A stretch of DNA of 64,000 nt. It comes from Malacoraja senta (Eukaryota). A model generated the notes under the pieces. That model did not search any database. It was given only the letters and a program-made list of their open reading frames with translations, and was not told where the DNA came from. Positions 1 through 11,100 of this stretch are shown here, piece after piece. The stretch is taken from the NCBI GenBank assembly GCA_038087875.1, contig CM075981.1, positions 682,001-746,000 on the forward strand. Reading direction: 5' to 3'. Numbering within the stretch: position 1 is the stretch's first letter; every line of letters starts with the position of its first letter. Made by a program: the position numbers and the translations under genes.

Positions 1-975
1 GTCCTTCCTCAGATTAGGAGACCAAAACTGTACGCAATACTCCAGGTGTGGTCTCACCAAGACCCTGTACAACTGCAGTAGAATCTCCCTGCTCCTATAC
101 TCAAGTCCTTTTGCTATGAATGCTAACATACCATTCGCTTTCTTCACTGCCTGCTGCACCTGCATGCCTACTTTCAATGACTGGTGTACATGACACCCAT
201 GTCTCGTTGCATCTCCCCTTTTCCTAATTGGCCACCATTCAGGTAATAGTCTACTTTCCTGTTTTTGCCACAAAGTGGATAACCTCACATTTATCCACAT
301 TATACTGCATCTGCCATGCATTTGCCCACTCACCCAGCCTATCCAAGTCATCTTGCAGCCACCTAGCACACTCCTCACAGCTAACAGTGCCTGCCAGCTT
401 CGTGTCATCCACAAACTTGGAGATGTTGCATTCAATTCCCTCGTCCAGATCATTAATATATATTGAAAATAGCTGGGGTCCCAGCACTGAGCTTTGCGGT
501 ACCCCACTAGTCACTGCCTGCCATTCTGAAAAGGACCCGTTTACTCCTACTCTTTGCTTCCTGTCTGCCAGCCAGTTCTCTATCCACATCAATACTGAAC
601 CCCCAATACCGTGTGCTTTAAGTTTGTATATTAATCTCTTATGTGGGACCTTGTCGAAAGCCTTCTGAAAGTCCAGATATAACACATCCACTGGTTCTCC
701 CTTATCCACTCTACTAGTTACATCCTAGAAACTTCTATAAGATTCGTCAGACATGATTTACCTTTCATAAATCGATGCTGACTTTGTTCAATGATTTCAC
801 CATTTTCCAAATGTGCTGCTATCCCATCTTTAATAACTGACTCTAGCAGTTTCCCCACTACCGATGTTAGACTAACTGGTCTGTAATTCCCCGTTTTCTC
901 TCTCCCTCCATTTTTAAAAAGTGGGGTTACATTAGCTACCCTCCAATCCTCAGGAACTACTCCAGAATCTAAAGA
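1..975 (-). mobile_element. CR1-type LINE fragment (RT region), 5'-truncated; continuation of the copy split by L1
   Basis: ORF 251..709 has LDFQKAFDKVPH, GVPQSSVLGP, FVDDTK (CR1 RT motifs); same text follows the L1 tails at 12242, 32096 and 44609. Confidence 0.93.
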
Positions 976-1314
976 CTAATCTTTCTCATAGCCTACATGT
1001 TACCCTGGCCTGTTCCTACATCAAAACTAACTTTAAAATATCCATTGACCTTGCCTCCACACCCCTGCAATTTATCTGCAATAAATAGCTACATTAACCA
1101 TATTACCTGATACAGCACCCCAAGTATTGTATAAGGATTGTATAATCACTTGCTTTTAGGAAAGAATTATGCCAAACAGCAGAACTGGTTTTGTTTAAAA
1201 AGATGTTTATTAACAAACATATTTTATTGGTTAACCTAAGCTGCTCTTGTCATTAGAGGTGAGAACAGTAATTAGTGATCAATTGATATAATAACCAGAT
1301 GGGTCTTTCAAAAG

Positions 1315-1835
1315 CATCGTGTTATAGGAAAGATGTTGTCTAGCTGGAAAGGATACAGAGAAGATTTATGAGGATGTTGCCAGGATTACATGGTCTGAGC
1401 TATAGTGAGGTTGAGTAGGCTGGGATTCCATTCCTTGGAGCGCAGGAGGATGAGCGGTGATCTTATAGAGATGTATAAAATTACAAGAGGAATAGATTGG
1501 GTAGATGCACAGTGTCACTTTCCCAGTGCAGGTGAATCGGGGACCAGAGGACATAGGTGTAATGTGAAGGGGAAAAGATTCAATAGGAATCTGAGGGGTA
1601 ACTTTTTCACAGAAAGGGTGGTGGGTATATGGAACAAACTGCCAGAGGAGGTAGTGAGGCAGGGACTATCCTAACGTTTTAGATACAGTTAGATAGGGTA
1701 CTTGGATAGGACAGGTTTGGAGGGATATGGGGCAAATGCGAGCAGGTGGAACTAGTGTAGCTGGCCTGGGACATGTTGGCTGGTGTCGGCAAGTTGGGCA
1801 GAAGGGCCTGTTTCCACACTGAGTCACACTATGAC
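1315..1835 (+). mobile_element. CR1-type LINE 3' fragment, second family (also ~13830-14345, ~33685-34200, ~46195-46710)
   Basis: Encodes LGFHSLERRRMSGDLIEMYKI...RNFFTERVVGIWNKLP (CR1 ORF2 C-terminus); ends in aagggcctgtttccacactg...ctatgact tail. Confidence 0.88.
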
Positions 1836-2192
1836 TGTGTATATAGCAATTATTTTGGAAAAGAACTTCATGAAAGCATTTGAAGGGATTTCTACTGTAA
1901 AACCAAGGTAATGTGTCTGTGTCTGAGGGTGAATCCAGAAGTTAACCCTCACTCTTGTTTAGGGAGTTTGTACGTTCTCCCCGTGACCGCCTGGGTTTTC
2001 TCCGAGATCTTCAGTTTCCTCCCACACTCCAAAAACGTATTGGTTAGTAGGTTAGTTGGCTTGGTATAAGTATAAATAGTCCCCAGTGCATGTAGGATGT
2101 TAATGCGTGGGATCACTGTTCGGTGCGGACTCGGTAGGCGAAGGGCCAGTTTCCACGCTGTATCTCTAAACTAAACTAAACTAGTTTAGGTT

Positions 2193-2462
2193 TAAGAAAG
2201 AACTGCAGATGCTGGAAAAAACGAAGGTAGTAAAAAATGCTGGAGAAACTCAGCGGGTGAGGCAGCATCTATGGAGCGAAGGAATAGGTGATGTTTCGGG
2301 TCGAGATCCTTCTTCAGACTGATGTGGAGGTGGGGGCGGGAGGCAGGAAGAAGAACGGAAGAGAAGGTGACAGTAGGCTGTGGGAGAGCTGGGAAGGGAA
2401 GGGGAAGGAGGGAGAAAGCAAGGACCACCTGAAATTGGAGAAGTCAATGTTCATACTGCTGG
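2193..2462 (-). mobile_element. Penelope-like element 3' end fragment (also ~14693-14962, ~34559-34828, ~47059-47328)
   Basis: Minus strand reads S-M-N-I-D-F-S-N-F-R (resembles PLE ORF C-terminus), then a pyrimidine-rich UTR, a hammerhead-like core and the agatgctgcc...ctccagca terminus. Confidence 0.72.
2287..2320 (-). ncRNA. Decayed minimal type-I hammerhead ribozyme motif in PLE end
   Basis: Minus strand AGT-CTGAAGA-A-GGATCTCGACCC-GAAA-CATC-ACC; CUGANGA and GAAA cores present, stems II and III mutated. Confidence 0.6.
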
Positions 2463-2799
2463 AGTACACTACATATAGTAACTACACTACTACAAGTGTA
2501 GGTGGGCAGTTTGGTCAGCATGGTCAAGTTGGGAAGAAGGGCCTGTTTCTGCACTATATGACTATGAGTTTAACTCTGGTGCCAGTGTCCCACCCTGCTC
2601 TGCCCCACTCACCCTTCACCCTGGCACTGTGACATGCGGGTGGATTTGGACTTGACCATGGTTCTCCACACCTCACAGATCTGATAACCCACCCTGCATA
2701 CTGTCATAACAACCCTAACCCGTGGAACCAATGATTTGGTTTCAAAATATTTACACTGTTGTTCAAATCTTCTTATCAACCTCACAACTTCCTATTTCT

Positions 2800-3240
2800 C
2801 AAAAACAGACATATAATGCTGGAGTAACTCAATGGGCCAGGCAGCATCTCCAGAGAACATGGATAGGTAAGGTTTTGGGTTGGGACCCTTCTTCAGGCTG
2901 ATTGTAGTAGGGGGGAGAAAGCTGGGAGAGAGGTGGGGGAAGGCTGAAGCCTGGCAAGTGATAGGTGGATACAGGTGAGGGAGAGAGGGTTATTGGCTGA
3001 TGGGTGGACGAAGGCCAGAGATGGAAAGAAGATAAAAGGCTGTGAGATATGGTGATATGAGATATTGAGAGAAGAGGCATGAAATATGAAGCTGGAAGAA
3101 AGGATATATATATATATATATATATAGATGTGGAAAGGGACGGAGATTAGGGGAAAAGATTGTTGTGGGTTAATTACTTAACACTAGAAAATTCAATGTT
3201 CCCACCATTGGGTTGCAATCTACTCGAGCGGACTATCAGA
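2800..3240 (-). mobile_element. Penelope-like element 3' fragment with (TA)n insertion (also ~15300-15730, ~28450-28860, ~35165-35605)
   Basis: Minus strand R-L-Q-P-N-G-G-N-I-E-F-S-S-V-K-stop, then CTGAAGAAGGGTCCCAACCC hammerhead-like remnant and PLE terminus. Confidence 0.7.
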
Positions 3241-3283
3241 TATCACTGCATCTGTACTTCCTTGTGTCTTCCTGTTTCTCAAC

Positions 3284-3389
3284 CTATTTTGTTGTGAGTT
3301 GCTCACATTGTGTTGTCACACTGCTACACTGGTGATGGAGAGGCTTGTTCTGGGTGATATTTGTGGTGTTGGGTTTGCTGAAGGTGGAA
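3284..3389 (-). pseudogene. Orphan receptor stalk-like exon (106 nt, phase 1 to 2) with in-frame TGA; copies at 15776-15881, 35650-35755, 48142-48247 and 59843-59948(+); open copy at 28904-29009
   Basis: gcag|TT...AATAG|GTTGAG; VPPSANPTPQISPRTSLSITSVAV*QHNVSNSQQNR; same phases and N-R| ending as the functional stalk exon. Confidence 0.6.
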
Positions 3390-5144
3390 CTGCAACCACC
3401 ACCAGAGACCTAGGTTCAATTCTGACCTCCGGCGCTATCAGTGTGGAGTTTGCACGTTCTCCCTGTGACCGCGTGGGTCTCCTCTGGGTGCTCCGGCATC
3501 CTCCCACATCCCCAAAACGTGTGGCTCTGTAGGTTAATTGGCCCTCTTGTCGAATTGCACTCAATGTGTAGGGAGTGCATGCAAAAGCGGTGTAACGTGG
3601 GACTAGTGTGAACAGGTGATCGATGGTCAGCGTGGACTCGGTGGGCCGAAGGGTCTGTTTCCATGCTGTATCTCGAACCAGCATGTGATTCGATGCCAAA
3701 TTCCACCTGACAATGGTGCTGTGAAGAACCTCGAGACTTTTCCAGCACCTTTAATGCACTGTTGAAATGCAAGTTGCAATGCAAAATGAAATTATTGCAA
3801 AGAATTGCTCAATAAACCTTTAGTCAGAGGGTGATGAATCTGTGGAATTCTTTGCCACAGAGGCTGTCAGTGGATATTTTTAAGGCAGAGATAGAGAGAT
3901 TCTTAATTAGTTCAGGTGTCACGGGTTATGGGGAGAAGGCAGGAGAATGGGGTTAGGAGGGAGAGATGGATCAGCCATGATTGAATGGCGCAATAGACTT
4001 GATGGGCCGAATGGCCTAATTCTACTCCTTTCACCTAAGAACTTATGACAAAATTCAGCCATCTTCATTTACATTGGATTACTTTAACCATTATTCAAAG
4101 TGCAGCATTTTACACGGCAATTCTATTGGTAATAAAGTTAAAAGTTCACATTCTGGAGAGCCAGCTTTGAGTTCTAGTCTACGTACTGCTGTCTTTTGGG
4201 TGAATGTCAGGATGTACAGAAGTGTCTGCAAACATTGGTGCCTTTTTGAGGCAGCGACTCCGATAAATAAAATGTTTGGAGCTGAGTTCCAGAGGTCACC
4301 CCTCACCCTGCCACTATGTCCTACAGTGGTATAGGACAGGCAGCACACCCTCCCCACTGACGATCAAGGAGCCTCTGTGTGGAGATAGATGATCAGATCA
4401 ATCCAGATCATGTTCATAAGTTATAAGAGCAGAATTAGGACATTCGGCCCATCAAATCCACTCCGCCATTCAATCAATCATGGCTGATCTATCTTTCCCT
4501 CTCGACCCCATTCTCCTGCCTTCTCCCCATAACCCCCGACACTCGTACTAATCAAGAATCTATCAATCTCCGCCTTAAAAATGTCCTTTGACTTGGCCTC
4601 CACATCCTTCTGTCGCAATGATTTCCACAGATTCACCACCCTCTGACTAAAGAAATTCGTTCTCATCTCCTTTCTCAAACTATGCCCTTTTATTCTGAGG
4701 CTAGGGCACAAATTCATCACCCTCTCTCTCAAGGGTGTCTTGGGTGACTTTCCCAGGCTACTTGAGCCACACCATGGGCCAGCGTAGACATCCAGCAAAA
4801 GGTCAGTTTGTGGCAGGGTGTGGTGGAGATGCCCTTCAAAATAAGGGAAGGTATCCCACGCCAGTGGGCCACATGAGTGGCAAGGGTATGGGGTAAATTT
4901 GTGTAATTTGTGTAAACAGTATTGAATGTATGTCTAGCCTCCGAGAATGTCGGATGGAGTTTTGTAAGGATCATGAATTGTATATATTTTATTTTTCTAA
5001 TAAAGTATATTTTGAAATTTAAAAAAACCCGGAGTCAGAGTGTTGTGGGTTCAACTCCCACTCCAGATGCTGTCACTCTGGCCTGCTGCTCTGCTGTCTG
5101 CTCTCGCAAGCCTGCTTTCTCTCTTCAGTGCAGCACGGAGGTGC

Positions 5145-5535
5145 AGCGGTTAGCTGCTGCCTCACAGCGCCAGAGACCCGGGTTTGATCCTGACTACGGG
5201 TGCTGTCTGTGTGGAGTTTGAACGTTCTCCCTGTGACCTCGTGGGTTTCCTCCAGGTGCTCTGGTTTCCTCCCACATCCCTAATCCATGCGAGTTTGTAG
5301 GTTAAATACCTCTGCAAGATTGTCGCAAATGTGTAGGGAATGGATGAGAAAAGTGGGATAACAGAACTAGTGTGTACAGGTAGACAAAAATGCTGGAGAA
5401 ACTCAGCGTTTTTGTCTACCTTCATGTTCCAGCATCTGCAGTTCCTTCTTAAACATTGTGTGTACAGGTGATCAATGGTCGGCGTGGACTCGGTGGGCCA
5501 ATGGGCCTGTTTCCATACGGTATCTCTAAACCAAG
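5145..5535 (+). mobile_element. tRNA-derived V-SINE with an internal PLE-derived hairpin insertion (related SINEs at ~1965-2190, 3400-3680, 17589-17825, 20870-21100, 23885-24180, 27845-28145, 27170-27440(-), 56250-56545)
   Basis: A-box/B-box-like head (gtgcagcggt...gggtttgatcc), V-domain gttctccctgtgacc...ggtttcctcccaca, LINE-like tail gggcctgtttcc...gtatctctaaac. Confidence 0.85.
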
Positions 5536-5822
5536 CATAGAAACATAAAAACATAGAAAATAGGTGCAGGAGTAGGCCATTCGTCCCTTCGAGCCTGCAC
5601 CGCCATTCAATATGATCATGGCTGATCATCCAACTCAGTATCCTGTACCTGCTTCCTCTCCATACCCCCTGATCCCTTTAGCCACAAGGGCCACATCTAA
5701 CTCCCTCTTAAATATAGCCAATGAACTGGCCTCAACTACATTCTGTGGCAGAGAATTCCAGAGATTCACCACTCTCTGTGTAAAAAATGTTTTTCTCATC
5801 TCGGTCCTAAAGGATTACCCCC
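5536..5822 (-). mobile_element. 3' end of the CR1 LINE that is interrupted by L1
   Basis: catagaaa-type tail repeats at 5536-5560; sequence resumes after the L1 poly(A) at 12242. Confidence 0.9.
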
Positions 5823-6059
5823 TTTTTTTTTTTTTTTACTGACTTCCGGTGGCGCTATGGAGGCTTGAGTCCAGTGCCAACTAGCTCCGTGCCGAAGAAT
5901 CTGAAAACGGGAGAAAATCGGGTCTTACCTGCAGCGATCGCGATCTGAACGGCTGCCTGCCGCGTGACGTCATCAGGCGCGCGACTTTGATGGTATGTCG
6001 ATGCAACATACCCCCCCCCCCCCCGTGGGCCAAAAAAAACCGTTAAAGGGAAACCACCG

Positions 6060-7060
6060 ATGGAAGAGGTAGGCCTAACTGAGGCCTCGGCCTCAGTTAC
6101 AATGACGGCCCAGGAAGACCCAACGAAGAAATCAAAGCAGAAAAAGTCTGAAATTGAAGATCTAAAACTTTTCTTGCTGTTGAAATTAAACAGATTCAAC
6201 TACAGTTGAAAACCTTCGAAGGAAATTTGAAATTGAATTTTAAAGAGGAACTTAACTCTTTCAAGGAAGATTTTAAAGCAGAAATGGATTCTACCGTTCA
6301 AGAAATACTGGAAGTCTGGAAGTGGTCGAGGGACGATGAGGCCAAGGAACAGATGGAAGTGCTGGAAGCCAGGCTCGTTTCGGTGGAATCGAGCATTAAT
6401 AGGGAGGTGATCCCCATTCATCAAGCACTTGATCAACATAGAACAGCGATAACCGAACTTGAGAAATGGGCGGCGACAAGTGAGGAAACTGTAAATCGAC
6501 TCCTTATTGAAAACCAACGCCTCTCCGGTATGGTGATCAAATTAAGTGATAAGTGTACCGATCTGGAGGGGCGTCAAAGACGCAAGAATTTAAGAATTGT
6601 AGGGATGAAAGAAGGAAGTGAGAGGGAAATGGGCCCTCGGGATTTTGTGGCAGACCTACTACAAAAAGCCTTAAAATTGGATCAGAAACCTTCACTCGGT
6701 CGAGCACATAGAGCGCAGGGGCGTCGTACACAAGATGATGCCCATCCAAGACAAATTATAGTAAAGGTGCAACTTGATCATGAATTTGACGAGATAATGA
6801 AGAAAATTGTCCGAAGCGGACAGCTCTATTTTGAAGGTGCGAGGTTCAGTATTTACCAAGATTATCCGGCAGAGGTCTTCAAGAAAAGAGCGCTGTTCAC
6901 TGAGACAAAAAGAATACTGAAGAAGGTACCTGCATTGAGATACGGCTTGCTTTACCCCGCAAGACTAAGAGTCACCTACAAGTAGAAGGAGCAATTTTTT
7001 ACAGACCACGAAAAAGCACTGGAATTTGCCAAAGAAATCGAGAACGTGACCACAGACTGA
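6060..7060 (+). pseudogene. L1 ORF1 (coiled coil/RRM/CTD), with a frameshift near 6165 and a premature TAG at 6983-6985
   Basis: DLEGRQRRKNLRIVG, RAHR, IYQDY, LLYPARLRVTY motifs. Confidence 0.92.
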
Positions 7061-7670
7061 AGAATTTGCATTACTCCTCAGGAGTCAAGGATTAATGGGA
7101 CTTCGCCAGATTTAAAAGGACCTTTAAAGTTCTTTTAAGAGCTTTAAGGACATTCGAAAACTGAAATGGACGGTGGACATTGGAGAAAACCGTGGTTTTT
7201 TATTTTTTAATCTTTTTTTATTTTTAGTATCAACTCTAAGAACAATAATATCATAGTTACGACCAATTGTTATTAATCACTATTACTATTTAGTATATTC
7301 ATATCTAACTATATATGTAACTACTAATACTTATTAAATATCTATATTATTACTAAAATTATTAACATCTATATTACTCATAAAAATTTAATACTAGGTA
7401 TGATTGATAACAATGATCAATAACTAAAAGTCTCTGGTTAACGTAGAAATGAGTTACATACTTATATTCTGTAGGAATATGTGCAAGAGGTAATTCAGCC
7501 TACGTCATAATAAGGTTTGACGGTTTTTCTCTTTATTTTTCAATTTAAAATTAAATTTATAGATTTAGCGAAGATATTAATACGGTATGTAGAGAATAAT
7601 AACGTTGTGAATTTATGCTGTTTTTGGACTTTTCTGCAGGGATATGTGCATATATATGTATGCATATGGG

Positions 7671-7671
<1 letters not shown>

Positions 7672-7723
<52 letters not shown>

Positions 7724-7742
7724 ATGTATGTGTATATATATA
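7672..7742. repeat. (TA)n/(TG)n microsatellite in the L1 inter-ORF spacer (also ~40037-40107)
   Basis: Direct inspection. Confidence 0.95.
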
Positions 7743-8119
7743 TGTTTGCTACTCCCAAAGAAGTTAATTGATTGTCAGAAATATTCATTTTTTTTTTCTC
7801 GGGCACGGAGCTGGGATTTTTTTTTTACAAAGGCTACGGAAGTCTTTAGAATTCTAGCCACGTTAGTGTGGCTATCACTAACTACACTAATTGTAGATGT
7901 AGTTTTTTTTCTTTCACCCTATACTAACCAATTCTATCACTTTTTTCACTTTAAATATTTTTATAACAATGTTTGAATGGAACAACAAGACTAATTCAAG
8001 GAGATGTGTTCGGAAGAGCGATGTATATTATTTAAAATTCATCTATTTGAGGTTCGGGAGCAGGGTCAGGTTTTATGTGTTGCACCTTCTGCTCGGTTAT
8101 AGACCACCTTAGAAACAAT

Positions 8120-11100
8120 ATGCAAGATGTTAATATGACAAGAGGGGGTGAGGGAATAACATTTTGTAGTTGGAATGTTAAGGGAATCAATGAACCAATT
8201 AAGAGAGGTAAAGTTTTGGCACATCTAAATTCAATCAAAACAGATATAATATTCCTTCAAGAAACACACCTTAAAAAGGAATCTCAACATAGACTTAAAG
8301 CTAAGTGGATCGCTGAATCATATCATTCCTCTTTTTCCCATAAGTCCAGAGGACAATATTAATTCGTAAAGGAATACCTTATACGCATTCATCAACAATA
8401 GCGGATATTGATGGTAGATATATTATATTAGTTGGAGAGTTAAATGGAGAAAAAGTGATTCTTCTTAATGTATATGGGCCTAATTTTGACAATCCTATGT
8501 TTTTTAATAAAACATTTAATATAATTCCTGAATTTACACAATATAAATTAATAATTGGAGGAGACTTCAATTGCACATTAGATTCATACTTAGATAGATC
8601 ATCAAGGCAAAAAAAAGTAAAATCTCAATCAAGTGTATTTTGAAATTCATTTATTAATACCACTAATATTAAGGATGTCTGGAGAATTGAAAATCCAACT
8701 GGACGGGAATATTCATTTTACTCACCAGTACATAAAACATACTCAAGAATAGATTATTTTTTAGCTGACTCCACGTTTATCCCATTTACTTACAACTCAA
8801 AATACCATAATATTATAATCTCAGATCACGCACCTGTAACATTCATGATTAAATTAAATGGAATGTCCGAGAAACAAACATATTGGAGATTTAACCCACA
8901 AATTTTGAACGAAAGTTCATGCCAGGAATATCTTATTAAACAGATTCAAATATTTTTTGAGGTAAATGACAACCCTGACACACCCACTTCTCTTATGTGG
9001 GAAACGTTTAAAGCGTTTGTTCGAGGTGCATTAATTTCTGCCCAAGTATTTTATAATAAAGAGGATTAAACAACAAACATTGGAAAGGGAAATCAAGCAA
9101 CTAGATATAGAAAATGCGAGAATGCCATCTATTTTAAAACATAATAAAATTGCTGTATTGAAATATAAATTAAACAAAATGTATTCAGAACAAGTAATAA
9201 AACTTTATCAAAAAACCAAACAATTACATTTCGAGTTTGGAGACAAACCACAAAAACTATTAGCACGTCAGTTATGAAAAATGGAGGGGGAAAAAATAAT
9301 TCATAAAATTAGAACAGATACAGGAGAATAATTAAAAATGCCCAAGGATATAAACGAGAGATTTCTCCAATACTATCATAATCTTTATTCAACTAAAACT
9401 GTAGTACAACCAGAAGGAATAGCAGATTTTTTACTAAAATGTAATTTAAAAGGTTTAGACTCAAACGATAGAGAATTATTAGAAAGGGAGATTACGATAA
9501 AGGATATTGAAGAGTCTATTGGCTCTTTAAAAAATGGTAAAGCAGTAGGACCAGATGGTTTAGGCTCTGAATTCTATAAAAAAATTTATGACTTGCTCTC
9601 CCCACGTTTACAAAGGCTGTATGAGCATATCTATACACAACAGAAACTTCCAGATACTTTAAATGAATCTATAATAACACTTATTCCTAAAGTTGATAAA
9701 GATCCGGAAGATCCGGGATCATATAGAGCAATTGCACTTTTAAATACAGATCAGAAAATATTAACTAAAATACTAGCGCATAGATTAAGTACAGTGATGA
9801 ATAAATTAATACACCCTGACCAAACAGGCTTTATTCAGAAACGGTACTCATATTATAATCTAAGAAGATTATTTAATATTATATATTCTAAGAGAATTAT
9901 TAATGAAGATCTAGCAATAATCTCACTTGACGCTGAAAAAGCTTTTGATCAGGTTGAATGGTCCTATTTATTTTCGGTGATGGAAAATATGCAGCTAGGG
10001 GAGAAATTCTGCACATGGATAAGACTGTTATATACAAACCCTACGGCTAGAATATTAACAAACCAAAGGTTGTCATCTAAATTCAGCCTATCTAGAGGTT
10101 GTAGACAAGGATGCCCGTTATCTCCATTATTATTTGCGCTTGCTATTGAGCCACTCGCAGAAAGAGTTAGGGGTCATCCGGAAATACATGGGTATAATAC
10201 AAAGGATACAGTGAATAAAATTTCTCTATACGCAGATGATGTACTAATTTAGATTACAAAACCAGAAATTAGTATTCCAAACTTATTAAAGCTAATAACC
10301 CAATTTGGTCTCTCAGGATACAGAATAAATTGGAATAAAAGTGAAATTATGCCAATAAGGGAACACAACAAACAGATAATACAACAATTTCCATTTAAAA
10401 TAGTAAATGAAAAATTCAAATACCTAGGCATTTACGTAACTAAGATATATACATCATTATTTAAAGCAAATTTTCCCCCATTACTGAACAAATTACATAA
10501 GAATATTCAATATTGGAAAACACTTCCTATCTCAATGGTTGGCAAAATTAATGCCATAAAAATGATTTTTTTACCACAAATATTATACCTTTTTCAGACA
10601 ATTCCGATATATTTGTCAAAAAACTTTTTTTTTAAATTGGATTCCATTGTTAATGATTTTATCTGGGATTATAAGAATCATAGGATAAACAAAAGACATT
10701 TGTGTAAATCAAAAATAAATGGAGGCTTGGTTCTACCAAATTTCCTGTTTTATTTTTGGGCAGTTAATATTAAAAATATGAATTTCTGGTTGGAAGAAAT
10801 AGATCAACAACCAGATTGGTTAAAAATGGAAAAGGAAGATTGTTTACCTTTTGATATCGGCTCGATATTATTTGCTACGTCTAAATTAAACAAAAAAATG
10901 TATATGGAAATCCCTATAATATTTAGTGCTATACGAATTTGGAAACAATTAAAAAATACATTAAAATTAGATAACATCACTTATTCTTCCAATTGTGAAT
11001 AACCCTTTGTTTAAACCCTCATGGTTGGACAGGGGTTTTACACAATGGAAGAAATATGGAATCAAAAATATGGGACATCTTTACAAGGAAGGCACTTTTC

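Noticed and set aside
228-668. Plus-strand 146 aa ORF and similar antisense ORFs over LINEs, SINEs and PLEs
   Set aside because: Shadow frames of transposon sequence, repeated only because the DNA is duplicated.
1103-1152. Possible exon encoding ITIM-like S-D-Y-T-I-L, or a decayed TM exon
   Set aside because: Weak acceptor, no poly(A) signal, three frames each weakly suggestive and stops in the TM-like frame; cannot be distinguished from chance.
2613-2680. Sushi/CCP domain resemblance of RCGEPWSSPNPPTC
   Set aside because: C-to-W spacing is too short and no first half of the domain is present.
5145-5220. tRNA genes at SINE heads
   Set aside because: A/B-box-like heads continue into SINE body and LINE-like tail; no cloverleaf or acceptor stem.
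7517-7976. ORFs rich in YI/IY/VC repeats
   Set aside because: Translations of the (TA)n/(TG)n microsatellite.
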